Origin: Adineta vaga
Lineage: Eukaryota > Animalia > Rotifera
Direction: 5' to 3'
Assembly (NCBI GenBank): GCA_021613535.1
Contig: CP075497.1
Coordinates: 12,152,001-12,216,000 of the forward strand
Length of the DNA: 64,000 nt
Under the pieces are notes generated by a model that made no database searches, was not told where the DNA came from, and saw nothing but the letters and a program-made list of their open reading frames with translations. A program made the translations under genes and the position numbers. Numbering within the stretch: position 1 is the stretch's first letter; each line of letters begins with the position of its first letter. Shown in pieces: positions 1-15,831 of the stretch.

Positions 1-1066
1 GGGAATGATGAAGGTAGTCGAAAACGGATAGATAACATGTGAATTCGTCATTGATTGAATGAATGAGTGAGTGAAAAAAAGTAGGAGGGTTAAGCGCGCT
101 GTTCCCGGGAAACGGAACACATATACACAGACACATAACGTTGTTGTCAAGGCATTGTGTACTGTAACAAGAATCTTTCTGTCGACAACGACAAAGATGA
201 AACAAATAGAAAAGAAAAGAAGAGCGATGTTTTGTCAAATAGAAAGGAAAAAAGAGAAAGAAAGAAAGAGAAAAGGAGAAGAACGAAAGATACTCATACA
301 ATCTTGTGTATTTTTTATGCAACAACAACAACGTCCCTTGTTACATTCTTATATTCCTCGTTTGTTTCTTTCGTCTTCTACAACTAAAATAGGAGGGATA
401 CAATCATCGCTGTGTTACTTCGTAGTCGCTTGCACGCTGAAAACGACACTGGATTCTTTTAGTCGTTGTAGTACTACGCGATAAAGGAAAAAAAGAAAAG
501 CAAAAAAAAAGAGGAGAATAATGAACATACTTGCTCTCTCTTCTCAGTTAAGAGAAAATGAGAGAGGGAAAAAGCAGAGAAAATCAATTTTCTTTTCTCA
601 GTTGGGCATTACAACGTGTTCTGCTTTTTTTTCCTCTTTTTCAAAAAATCTCTTATTCTTTCTTCTTTTTTATTCTATATTTTTCTCTCTTTTTTTTATA
701 TAACTACCAAGCGAGAGTCGTCGTTGTCGCCGTCACCACCATAGAAAATACTCTTGCCGGCGTCGTGCTACAAGAAAGATAAGTTGTTGCTCCTACTACT
801 ATTGCTACTATTGCCTTGTGCTCTTGTGCATTACGTCCGCGTTGAATCGGACTATTCCTTTCTTTCTTACTGACATACACACACACACACACATTTTCTC
901 TCCTACCTCCGACTGAACAACGTTCTCTTCGATTTACACGATATCCCGGTGTTGATCAACCAAGACAAATTCTTTCTTAACGAACCTGTACACAGGTCAA
1001 CATTCAAACAAACATACATATTTATAAGTGGAACTTTAGGGTAAATTCAATTCCAATCACATTACA

Positions 1067-3654
<2,588 letters not shown>

Positions 3655-5549
3655 ATCAAATGCTGTCTCGTTTTTTTTTCCTTTTTTTTGTCTTATTCTT
3701 TTTTTCTTTTCTTTTTCTCATCTATTTTGTTCGAACGCGCACTCACTCACTCGTTTCGTTACATCGATAAATCGGATGGATGAACGTGTGAATGATTGTC
3801 GTCACTTTCTTCGTTCACACAATCTTCTTCTTTATATGCTTGTATGTGCGTGATGCATCCGTTTTTTTTCTTCTTCAATGTCTGTCTATTTGTCTGTCAT
3901 GGCGCCGCGCGACGCTAACAATATAAGACATAAAACAAACTATACAAAAACATACTATCTCTGTCTCTCTCTCCACAACACATTGGAACAAAACTGATTC
4001 AAGCTTTTCTTTTTTGATTAGTTTATGCTTATGAATAATGAATGTTCAAGGACAACAATGAATGATCAACAACATACAGATATTGAATAGATGATTAATT
4101 TTCATAAATACGAAAAGAACAATAGACCAAAATAAACAGATAGATCAATAGGGAAATGAATATTTTAATTGATAAAATTACAATCTTGTTATCGTATAGG
4201 AAATATATTGAATGCTCATCTTACATGATAAAAAAGGTTTCCGAGAAAAATTCTTTCATTTTTCTATCCGATTTGATCGTTAATAAGATTAGTTAGAAGA
4301 TAAAACAATTAATTTCATTCGATCATAAATCTCTTCAATATCGTTGACCTATTCTTTTCCTCTATTTTTTCTTCATAATAAAATGTTCTCTAAAAACGAG
4401 TAGATCGTTTGTTTTTATCTTTTAACATTACTCAATTAATGAACAAAGAAGAAGAAAAATGCTTTCCTTATATTATCGATTGATAACGCAAAAATAATTA
4501 TGTTTTCAATAATATGAGACTCGAAAACATGCAATGACACATTCAAAGCATTCGTGCATAGATCGAGGAAAATAAATTATGTTAGACACAAGATGTTCGT
4601 TAGTCATTTTAAGAACATTGACTTGATAATGGAAGAGAAGAAAGCATTTCTTGATGCGAAAAGAAAAGAAAAGAAACTCCTATAAAGAATCTTGTTGAAC
4701 ATGATTTCATTGAAAATTTGAATTTATATTTAGAAACACAATTAAGAAATTCACAATATTAAAAATGAATTCTTTTCTCTTCATAGAAGTTGAGAATGAG
4801 TTTCCATTTGGAATTGGTTATTCAAAGATTAGAAAGTATATCGATTGATTAATAATCACTTATTGAAAATAATCTTGAGAAGATTTCGAATAATCGATAA
4901 AATGTTTATATCCTTGATCATATGTTCGAATTACTATTTATTTATGTTTTTTAAGATGAAGGACTAACTTATCAATAAATAAGATATATCGTTAAATCAT
5001 TTGATATTCGATTATTTTTATAAACAATTTTACAATAACATTTTTTTCCCTATGAATGTAATCAAATGATGACTAGTCGGAGTTATCTTCTCCTTCGAAA
5101 AATTTAATCTTGTTCTAACATGATTGAAGAAATTTGTTGAAACAAATATTTTGTAAATGATGGTAAACAAAATAAAGATATTTGGAGTATTAATCATCTA
5201 CAATAGTTATATTTATCGAGATAATTGACTTGTAAAACTACTGATTAGAATGCAATACAACACAATCAAATGAATATAATTATCTTTTAAAAATATAACA
5301 AATCAAGTCTTTTTTTTGAAGAAAAAGAAAAAAAGAGGAAGCTTTTTCTAAATAATCGTAAATTTTCATGTCTTGCCGTTATTGTACCAATCTTTTCGAA
5401 TGATTTTATAACATTAGTGTGATGATTTACGATCTGAAATGAAGCACAATTAAATTCTTTTACTGTAAGTTTATTCATATATATCTTATCTTTATGACTT
5501 AATTATATAAAGAGAACAGTAAGCAAATGAATCGATTATTATCAAAGCA

Positions 5550-6110
5550 ATGATCATGACAACCGATGAGAATAGCAAGCAATTGGATTCAAATAAAAAG
5601 CCAAGAAAACGAAGTGTATTTGATCTCGTACAAATTCGACACTTGGAACATGTCTTTGATCAAATAACACATTATCCTGATTTATCTCTTCGTCAACATT
5701 TAACTCTCATTACTCAACTTCCAGATAAAAAAATTCAAGTTTGTCTTTAGAAAAATTGTCTTCTTCAAGATTTTCGTCGTTATATTAGATATGGTTTCAA
5801 AATCGTCGTGCCAAATGGCGTAAACAACATCAATTAGGTCATTTCGGTGGTTTACATGAACTAACTATCGATAGTCATCAAAGTTTTGTTCCTGCTCCGA
5901 AATCAAATTTTGTTTTAACATCTCCATCATCTACAATTTCGAATGTAAAACTATTTATTTCTCAATTTGTTCTTGTTTTTTGTTTATCTTTCCTCGAATA
6001 TTTAGAATCCATCAATGCAACACTTAGAACAATTCTTCTATTTCGCATTTCAAACAGCTTTAGCGAAAACGAATGAAAATCTTGAACAAACATTTCGGTC
6101 GAAACGGTAA
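5550..6110 (+). CDS. Paired-class (Q50) homeobox protein, 3 exons
   Basis: KPRKRSVFDLVQIRHLEHVFDQITHYPD...KKIQ | intron 5739-5788 | IWFQNRRAKWRK. The intron just before WFQNRR is typical of the PRD class. Third exon 6006-6110 ends in TAA. Confidence 0.88.
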
Positions 6111-6418
6111 CTTTGTTTTTTCTTGTTTCTTTTTTCAACGCTTGACTGCATTTATATGTGATTCACTATATTCTAATCATTCATTTTCATAAAAACAACT
6201 GTCTTCGTCAATAGGTATGATACGAACTATCCAACTTGGTTTCTTAATCATTTTCTTACTCCTTCAAATGCAATGCATTAATACATCTTCAGAGTCGGAT
6301 GAAAACGAAACAACAAACGGCATTATGAAGAAAATTTGTGACGAAGACAATAAATTTTGTAAACGTTTTTTTCAAGCTTTACTTTCGAAATAAAAACAAA
6401 CAAAGTGACATTATATGT

Positions 6419-6922
6419 TTACATAACAATTTTTTTATCTGTTTGATATCTTTTATAAATATCAGTTAATGATGTAATAAATGTATTCAATGACATAATC
6501 CATAGAATTAAAGGAAAACGAAAGAAAGGATAATTGAATAATGGCATTGATTCATGTCGACGACCTGTAACTGTTAATATGATCATCATTACAACAGTTC
6601 CAATATTTAATAGCATTCGAATAGAAGTTAATAGATTGTTTTGTTTCGATTCAAAATCATTTCGTTCATCTTTAAGACGTTGAACAAGTGCATTACGTTG
6701 TCGTTCTTTTCGAACATAAGCTGCGAATTCATCTTGTTGAGAAATTTTTCCCAATTCATTTGTCACACATTTTAACTCTTCTGTTAGTTTATCAATTGTT
6801 ACTGATGGAGAATAAAATTTATTTAAAAACCATAAACATAATGGAGCAGCAAATGAACGAAGACATATAACTAAACTAGTACAGAGAAATAATGGCCAAT
6901 TGATCGATGTATCTAATGACAT
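6419..6922 (-). CDS. GET1: GET1/WRB-like tail-anchored protein insertion receptor (CHD5 domain)
   Basis: Single-exon 167 aa ORF: TM helix, coiled coil with ISQQDEFAAYVRKERQ motif, two further TM helices. Confidence 0.8.
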   Translation of the reverse strand: MSLDTSINWPLFLCTSLVICLRSFAAPLCLWFLNKFYSPSVTIDKLTEELKCVTNELGKISQQDEFAAYVRKERQRNALVQRLKDERNDFESKQNNLLTSIRMLLNIGTVVMMIILTVTGRRHESMPLFNYPFFRFPLILWIMSLNTFITSLTDIYKRYQTDKKIVM

Positions 6923-7074
6923 ATTTGATCTTTTTTTTCTATGAAAAATCTAGAATAAATTTATTATTAGAAAGACATTCACATCGAGATATTATTGAAG
7001 ATCTATCGGAATGAATAAAATAGGAATACAAGACAAGATAAATACACAAAACAAAGAAATGCATTGTAAGTTTT

Positions 7075-7702
7075 CTATTTAAAATCATCAGCACTGAACA
7101 TACCCTAGAAAACAATATAAAGATTTGGTTATTTTTTAAAAAATAAAGAAATTCTGTTTCAAAATAAACATACACGTGCTCGACGTAGAACTGAATCTTT
7201 TGATGCATCATATGGATGTTCTTTACTTGGAATTTCTAATATTGCCGGAACAGATTTATCATGACTTTCAACAGTTCCACGAATCATTTCTGCAATCTTT
7301 AAATAAAATATAATGAATGAGAGAAACAATGAATCGAAAATCTTACATATTGACTAATAAGAATAATTCCAATATCATCTCGAATCAGGAAACTTTTAAA
7401 TGTTTCTTCAATATCCGATAATTTTGTATCTTTAAAAACAAATCATCAATACAAATATCATTTGTTTCTCTCAAAAACAAACTTTTGTCGACAATTAGAA
7501 AATTTGGTTTTCGTGTTTTGGCATTTATTTCACCAATACCACCAAGTAAGAAACCCGTAACTGTATCCTTTTTACAACAGAAAGAAAACAAGACTTTTCA
7601 TTACTTCTAAAGAAATTCTCTACTAACTTCATCTCCAATTACGGCCAATAATTTACTTTTTCCACCGAAAAGTGATGATCCAGCTGTACCACTACTCGTC
7701 AT
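7075..7702 (-). CDS. ATP6V1F: V-type H+-ATPase subunit F
   Basis: Spliced: MTSSGTAG...KLLAVIGDE|[13 protein letters not shown]...IGIILISQ...[23 protein letters not shown]|GMFSADDFK*. Confidence 0.93.
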
Positions 7703-8002
7703 GATCAGTCTTTTTTGTTTTGTTTTTCTATTCCAGAAATATGAAGGTTTATTCAGTCGTCTCTGATTAGCTGAAAATTTCTACCAATGAAAAGATTTGT
7801 CAATTAATTCCGTTCTTCATTTCATTGTTTTCTTTTTTTTTCGATATTAAATTTGTCAGCTTTACTTATTTTCAAATCTATTGACAATAAACAGTGTGAC
7901 CTTGAATTCCAATTTGAATTCATACGGAATTTTTACAAGTGAACGAAACAGTGTATGATAAAGTTACAAATCTTTATCTTTTCTTCATTATGTTAGATAG
8001 AC

Positions 8003-11000
8003 ATGTTTCGTAAAATGATTAAACTTCATATTCATTTAAAAGTAAGAAAGATTAGTTTATCTCTTATTGTTAATTTTGTATCTTTCTCTTTTATAGAATC
8101 GTGTACTTGATCTATCTTATGCCTATGGATTCTTTGTAGCAGATCATTCACTTTATATAATTTTAATTTGTTTTGGTGTATTTCTTTTAAGTTTGTAAGA
8201 ATTGACATCATTTGAAAGATATGAAAGAAGAAAAGTACATCTTTTATGACTAGATTTCAAATAACAACAAATGTTCCACCACCTGGAAGTACATTAGAAA
8301 TCTTTGCTGAATCATCACGATCATTTCGACCAGTTCGAGCAAGATTAGAATTGAATACAAGTGATCAATTACATGATAAACAACCCGACAAACCATTATG
8401 GGTAAAAAAACAAACTTTTTCTTCTTTGTCTAAATAAGCTACTTCCTTTTTTTAAAAAGTATTCTGGCTATCCACTTGCTTATGTTCAACATATTGTGAT
8501 ACGTTGCTCCTCATCCACATCTCGCTCATCTTGTTTTCTACGTGCTCGTGATATTCACGATCGTCTTTCAATTGATTCACAATTCGATACCAATTGTTTG
8601 CGTGTTAATGAACCAATCAATGCTCAACAAATAATGTCATATTTACCTTCATTTGGTTGTTTATTTCTTTCACCACTAAATCTTTGGTCAAATGATATAT
8701 CCGATTTAAAAATTCATGAACATGAACGTTTAGAATATCTTTCATCTATATCAAAACGTTATGCCGATATTATTTTCGGTATTCCACAAGATTCAAAAAA
8801 CTCTTTGACTTATGCAATAACACTTTTATTAAATAATGCATCGAATGAATATCGACAAGATTTGAAAAAACGTCTATTTGCATTAGATGATCAACAACAG
8901 CAACAGAATGATATTATACATATTTATTTTTCAAGAAAATCACTTCTTTATTATTTACCTTTGTTACTAATTTATATCGTTGTCTTTCTTTATATCTATT
9001 ATTCTGTCAGTAAGTAGTTTTTCATGACGATAAACCATTCAAACTATCTAGACATCACATTTCTAATCTTTTAGGTCAATTCGAATGTGTGAAATCAAAA
9101 TGGGGTTTAGCATTGGCAGCAACTGTACAAATTGTTGTTTCCTTATTGATATCATTAGCATTATCATCCTTATTTCATATGACACCACGTCTTGATGGTG
9201 GTGAAGTCTTTCCATATTTAGTCATATTTATTGGACTAGAAAATTTAGTTGTTTTAACTCGAGCAGTTACATCATCACAAGCACAAAAACAATATGATGA
9301 TGTCCGAGAACGTGTTGCTCATGCTCTTCGTGCTGAATCCTGGACAATATCAAAACATTTAGTTTATGAATTAATTATTGTGATGTTTGGTTTTATAACT
9401 TATGTTCCAACTGTTCGAGAATTTTGTCAATTAGCATTAATTGGAATATTGATTGATTTTTTTATGCAAATTAATTTTTGGTTAGCTGTTTTAAGTATTG
9501 ATATACGAAGATTTACAGTTGGTGTTAGAAAATCTAAGAATCGAAATTTAGAAGAAGAAAAAAAAGAAATAAAATTTTCTTTACCAATGAAAATGCCACA
9601 TTTAAATCATCGAAGACAATTACAACAACAACAACAGCAATCACAATGGGCTCGATATCGCGTTTTACAACGTGGGAGTATGTTTCTAGTTCTTATTTGG
9701 GTTATTTTAATCTTTTATAAATCATGTTTAATTGTTGATTTACTCCATAAAAATGGTAAGAAAAATTGAAAGAAAACGAATTTTACTTTCGATATTTTAG
9801 TACAAATTAATCGTGAACAAATCAAAGATTATGTTCCAGAAAAGATGCTCAAAGAGCATTATGGTTCATCATCATTTTCTCACTCCCATGATTCACAAAC
9901 TAATATCGAAGATCAATTCATAAATAATATTTCTCTACCAAATTATGAATGGCAAACACTTTTATCATATGATCATTGGCCAACATTGTTTTCCTTCTAT
10001 AATATTTCATATGATAATCGATATTTAACAATTATGCCTTCGATTTATTTACCAATAATTTCTTCCGAAGATCAACAATTAGATTTAACAACAAAAACTC
10101 CATTTCAAAAGGTATAATGACGAGATAAGATTGATTATGAAAGGCAAAAAACGAATTCTTCTTCGTCTTTTAGACCTCTCATCGACCTTTACTTGATGTA
10201 ACAATAACAAGTACAAGTAGTTCATTAATTGATGGTCGATTTTCGACAGCACTGTGGGAACTTCTTTTTATTGTTTTATTTGGTTTCACATTATTTAGTA
10301 TTGTTTATTTTTGTTTTTTCTCTTCGACATTATCATTGAATTCTGTTCATCATCGATCCGCATCGTATATTAAAAGTGATCATTCAATTGTTCCAACAAT
10401 TCTAACATCTCCATCATCAACAACTTTAATTGAATCAATGTGTATCCATGAAAATGGAACCATTGTTTGTGTTGCTTATTCAAATGGATCGATTTGTATG
10501 TGGAATCCTCAAACGGGTGGAATTCTTCTTCAACAACAACGATATTCGATCATATCTTCAGAAAAACAAGTCAATCATGTTTGGTGTGCATTAATGATTG
10601 ATGAACATCGATGTTTATTCGGTTGTTCCGATGGACAAATTGAACTTTATCCAAATAATAATCCAACAAAAACGATCATTGTTGCTCAGAATGAACTTGG
10701 TGGAATCACACATCTTATTCGAGCGTCTTCAACGATAATTATTGGTGCAACACGTCGTGGTTATTTAATTGCATTTGAATATATCAATGGTTTAATCAAA
10801 GAACTTTATATAAAACGTTTACATCAATGGCCAATACGAATTTGTCAAGTTGATTTCAATTCTTCATTGATTTTTACGGGAAGTGATGATCATTCAATAA
10901 AAGTAACACATATTTCCAATGGATCTTTATTACATACTTTACATAAACATCAAGCACCTGTCAATTGTCTTGCAATTGATCCAGTAAGTCTTTCATTCTT

Positions 11001-11541
11001 ATAATAAATCACATCGAAACTGATGAATAAAACGCTCATTCTTTCTTTCTTTCAGTATCATCCAACAACGTTAGTTAGTGGTTGTTTTCATGGAACATTA
11101 TGTATTTGGAATGGTGATGGTCTTATTCAGAGTAATATCAATGCTCATCCATTATCAATAATAATTGATATAAATTTTTGTGGTCATTCATCAAATATAG
11201 TCAGTCTTGGTACCGATAAACGTTTATGTATATGGACATATAAAAGTCTTCAATTACTTCATGAATTAACAGATATAACATCGACATGTTTTACAATTTA
11301 TCGTACAAATTATTTATTTTATACTCAATTAAATTCACTTTTTATATCTGATACAATTCAACAAAGTAAAACATCAATACGACAATTTCTTATACCATTT
11401 TTGAATGATATTAATAAAGATGAAAATGAAATGAATATTGATAAATTAACTTATTCATCCCAAACGGAAACATTAATTCTACAAAATTCGGATATTATCT
11501 ATGCAATGTATTTACCCCAACGATTATTTCTTCTCCGGTGA
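8003..11541 (+). CDS. SCAP: SREBP cleavage-activating protein (sterol-sensing domain + WD40)
   Basis: Exons encode GCLFLSPLNLWSND, YIYYSV, VKSKWGLALAA, EVFPYLVIFIGLEN, LSIDIRR, HWPTLFSFYNIS and C-terminal WD40 repeats (TGSDDHSIKV). Start codon inferred. Confidence 0.9.
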
Positions 11542-12320
11542 TTTGATTCTATTGTTTTGTGATATTTATTTTTTATTTTATTGTTTGTTTGTTTTTTTTT
11601 GCATTCATAACTGAACAGATGTGTACAAAACGGGAAAAAAAAGTCCTTTGAAATATAGAAAAAAAAGGCAAAATAAAGATGTGCGAGTTGTCGTTTTTTT
11701 TTATTTAGTCAAAAAATTTTGATAAATTCTTTTTCAAATAACTGACAATAGTTACTGACATTTTTTAGATAATATTATCTACGTGTTTTGAAGGAGTTGA
11801 TCGGAAGAGAATCGGTACATGTTCGTTCGATTCTTATTTAAAAGCCATGATTATTATAATGGCAATTATTAAAGGTAGACTGATTTTTTCTCATTTTTTT
11901 CCTTCATGATTTTTATATTTGATGAATCTGTCACTTATCATTCATACATCAGAATAACAATTGTGTTTATCGACATCGTCGTTCGCTTTTTTTCTCTATA
12001 CAGATGTTTTTTAGACTGCCTTGCACGTTGCTACTACCACTACTACTACTACTTCTATGTTGATGTGATGATTGTTTCCCTCCCTCACGTTCTTTCGTAT
12101 TTCTCGTTTTGTTCTGTCTTGTCACGAGAGAAACACACACACATCGACCATATGATTCCGCATTTTTTTCTTTTTCTCTTTCTATATGATCTTCTTTTAC
12201 ATACGCAAACACTATTCTCCTTCGTTTTTCTTCTTGTTATAAATAATGATGATGATGATGATGATAGCTTTACATATTTTCTATATCGATGTCGATCTAT
12301 TTTAGTTTGTCGTCATTGCT

Positions 12321-14996
12321 ATGACTAATCCTGAGTCTGCCCAACAATTTTATTCGTGGCCAGAAAGTTTAACTTTGAATTTAACTGGCAAAGACGATTG
12401 TCAGATATATCCTCTACCTTCGCGACCAACTCTTCTGACATATCTTCAAATAAAAGATCAAGCAATCACTCCTTATTCCATGTATGTATTATCTTTCTAT
12501 TTTCAGTTATCATGATAAAAAAAATGTATTTCAAGTACATTAAAACATGTTTGTCTGCACTTATTTTGATACATTTATGGAGAGAAAAAAAAACATGAAT
12601 CAAAAGCAAAATAATACGTATCATATGTCTTCTAGAGATAATCATTTGAAATCATCGAATGCTCTCGTAACTGGTCTATCATCATCATTTTCGGGTTCAT
12701 CATCATCAAAACAAATCTCATCAACATCTCCAATTCCATTTCAACCTTATTTAATTCCATCATTCCAAACACAACAGACTCCACCTTATTCATTATCAAT
12801 GTCGAATTCAATTAATACAACACCACGAAAACGTAAACAACCTTCAAGTGATTCGTCAACATTTCTAACACCTTCAATTCCTGCAAAACGAGCAACACCA
12901 TTAACAATGTTTTTTCCAAAACTAACGCCGTCCGACGTTTCAGTTGTGATGTATCACAATAATAGTAAAATAACTCAAACTGATCAATTACTCTCAATTT
13001 CTACATCTAGTCAACATCTCGATAATGAACAAGAACAATTAACAAATGAAATTGATGAATTACGTCGTACAAAACTTGAAAATCAACGTCAATATGAATC
13101 AACAATTGAAGCAGTCAAACGTTGTCTTGTCATGACACGTTCATTACTTATAGAAAAGTCTCAGTTAGAAAAAAAACAAGCACGACATAAAGCAATGGAA
13201 AATCGTCTACGTCTTGGCCAATTTGTTACACAACGACAAGGAACTTCGTTTGTTGAACAATGGGTTGATGGACATGATTTTCTAGATAAACAACGTGCAC
13301 AAGAAAAATTAGCACGTGCAAAAGAAAATCTTGAGCGCGAAAGAAAAATTTTAACAAAAAAGAAAACATTAATTCAACAACAATTAATGACACCAACAAT
13401 AGACGATACAAATCAAATCAATTCACAAGATTCGATTTTCATTCCACCAAACAGACCAAAGCGAACGAATAAAACCACGAAGACAATCACTAGGTTTGTT
13501 TGCATTCTAATTCAAAAACAATTATTTTTTCTCATTTAATCAATTTTAGTCAACAAAAAATTCAAATTTCATCAGATAATTCCAATGATGGTCATTCATT
13601 TTATACGAATGATAATAATGCGCCTCATGATAGTGGAAATTCCTCATCGTCATCCTCATCATTGATATCCAATTCTTCATCATTAACAATGACATTACAA
13701 GATTGGTATGAATATGATGAAGTTCTTCGTCTTCGACAACTAACCTTAAAACGTGAAGAATGTGATTTAGCACAAGATTTAGAAAAACTCGATCGAGAAA
13801 GAAATGTTCATATACGAGAATTAAAACGTTTATATAATGAAGATCATTCACGATTCAATCAAAATAATATTCTTCATGATCGATATTTATTATTAACATT
13901 GATTGGTAAAGGTGGTTTTAGTGAAGTGCATCGTGCATTTGATTTACGTGAACAACGTTATGTTGCATGTAAAATTCACCAATTAAATAAAGAATGGAAA
14001 GATGAAAAGAAAGTTAATTATATCAAACATGCTCTTAGAGAATATAATATTCATAAACATTTAGAGCATAAACGTAAGTGAAATTTTTATTTAACGAAAG
14101 TCATTTCATTTTTGTTTCTCAGGTATTGTGAAATTATTTGATGTTTTCGAAATTGATACAAATTCATTTTGTACAGTTTTGGAATATTGTGATGGTAATG
14201 ATTTAGATTTTTTTCTTAAACAAAATAAAACAATTCCTGAAAAAGAAGCACGATCAATTATAATGCAAACGGTTAATGCATTGAAATATCTCAATATAGA
14301 AATCAAACCACCTGTGGTACGTTTTGGTCTTTAATTTTTGTTGAGTTTACTGAAATATGTTTCTTTTTGTAGATACATTATGATTTAAAACCAGGAAATG
14401 TTCTTCTTGGAACAGGAAATCAAAGTGGTGAAATAAAAATCACTGATTTTGGTTTATCAAAACAAATGCATGAAGATACATTTGATGCTGATGATGGAAT
14501 GGATCTGACATCTCAAGGTAATTAACATCATTTTATTCTTCTTGTGTTTATCTTTCTTTCACTTCTTAGGTGCCGGTACATACTGGTATTTACCACCAGA
14601 AGTCTTTGTTCAAGGACCTAATCCTCCTAAGATTTCATCAAAAGTTGATGTTTGGAGTGTTGGATGTAAGCTTTTATTGTTAATATTGAAATAATAAAAA
14701 AATTTCGCGTATATTTCAGGTATTTTTATCAATGTTTATATGGTCGAAAACCTTATGGTCATAATTTATCTCAAGCAGCAATTTTAGAAAATCAAACGAT
14801 CTTAAATGCAAAAGAAGTACAATTTCCAAGTCGACCACAAGTATCAAATGAAGCGAAACTATTCATTCGAAAATGCTTAACTTATCAAGTACGTGATCGT
14901 CCCGATGTTTTACAATTGAGTGAAGATGAATATTTGAAATCCAATTCAAAGCGTTCAACAGCAACAACCTCTTCACTTCTTTTCTGTCCTAAATAA
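12321..14996 (+). CDS. TLK: Tousled-like Ser/Thr kinase
   Basis: [38 protein letters not shown]-type coiled coils, [38 protein letters not shown]. Stop TAA 14994-14996; the start is tentative. Confidence 0.93.
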
Positions 14997-15674
14997 CAAT
15001 GTATATTGACTTCTTTCTTTCTTTCTTTCTTTCTTTCTACTAGTAAACCAACAGTAAATGACGGTCTTTTCTTCATTTCACTCTCTTTCGTGAAATAAAA
15101 AAAAAAGAAACAAACAAATAATTGATACATGAGAATAAATTATATCAAATTCATAACTTTAATCTGATTATTATTTCATAAATTAGATATAATGAATAAA
15201 CGATTCTTTTACGTACAAATATAGATTTATGTAACTTCTTTTTGAATATATTCATCAATGCTGATGATGATTACGGCGAAAATAAATCAGAGATAAAGTG
15301 AATTTAAATGCTATAATCAGCGTTCTTATCAATTCTAAACATCGCTTCATACGTGTAGTTAAAATAACTAGATTAATTTCAGCGCAAATATATAGTATAA
15401 AACAATAACATATACTGAAACGCACATCTTTTCAACTCCCATTAAAAGATTTTGCCATACTGATATCAGTTTGATAGATTTTCAAAGACGAATACCTTAA
15501 AAAAAACTTTTAAAATTATAATATCGGAAGATAACGTTCAAGAAATAGAAATAAAAATAAACTCGATAGCATCGAATAATGCTGTCACACGCAGTTTATG
15601 ACAACGTTACTCAATTGTTTTGAGTTGTATTATATGCTACAAAAAAATTAATTTTCGATTCTTTATATTATGTA

Positions 15675-15831
15675 CAGTGACGCAACCAGAGATTTTTTCT
15701 GGGGGAGAATTATCGTAGAAAAACCAGGTTTTATTCCATCTGCAGAAAACTAGCCTGTACCCCCTCCAAGTATTTTAACCTTTTGGGGGGAAGGACCGAT
15801 CCTCATGATCCCTGCCCTGGGTTCGTCACTG
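15675..15831. mobile_element. MITE-like element with CAGTGACG terminal inverted repeats
   Basis: Left end CAGTGACGCAACCAGA; right end CCTGGGTTCGTCACTG (reverse complement CAGTGACGAACCCAGG). GC-rich interior with G/C runs. Confidence 0.7.

Noticed and set aside
71-892. Several short ORFs upstream of calmodulin
   Set aside because: They translate A/G- and T/C-rich promoter/UTR tracts and have no recognisable domains.
11906-12328. 140-aa ORF before TLK
   Set aside because: Low-complexity 5' UTR/promoter sequence.
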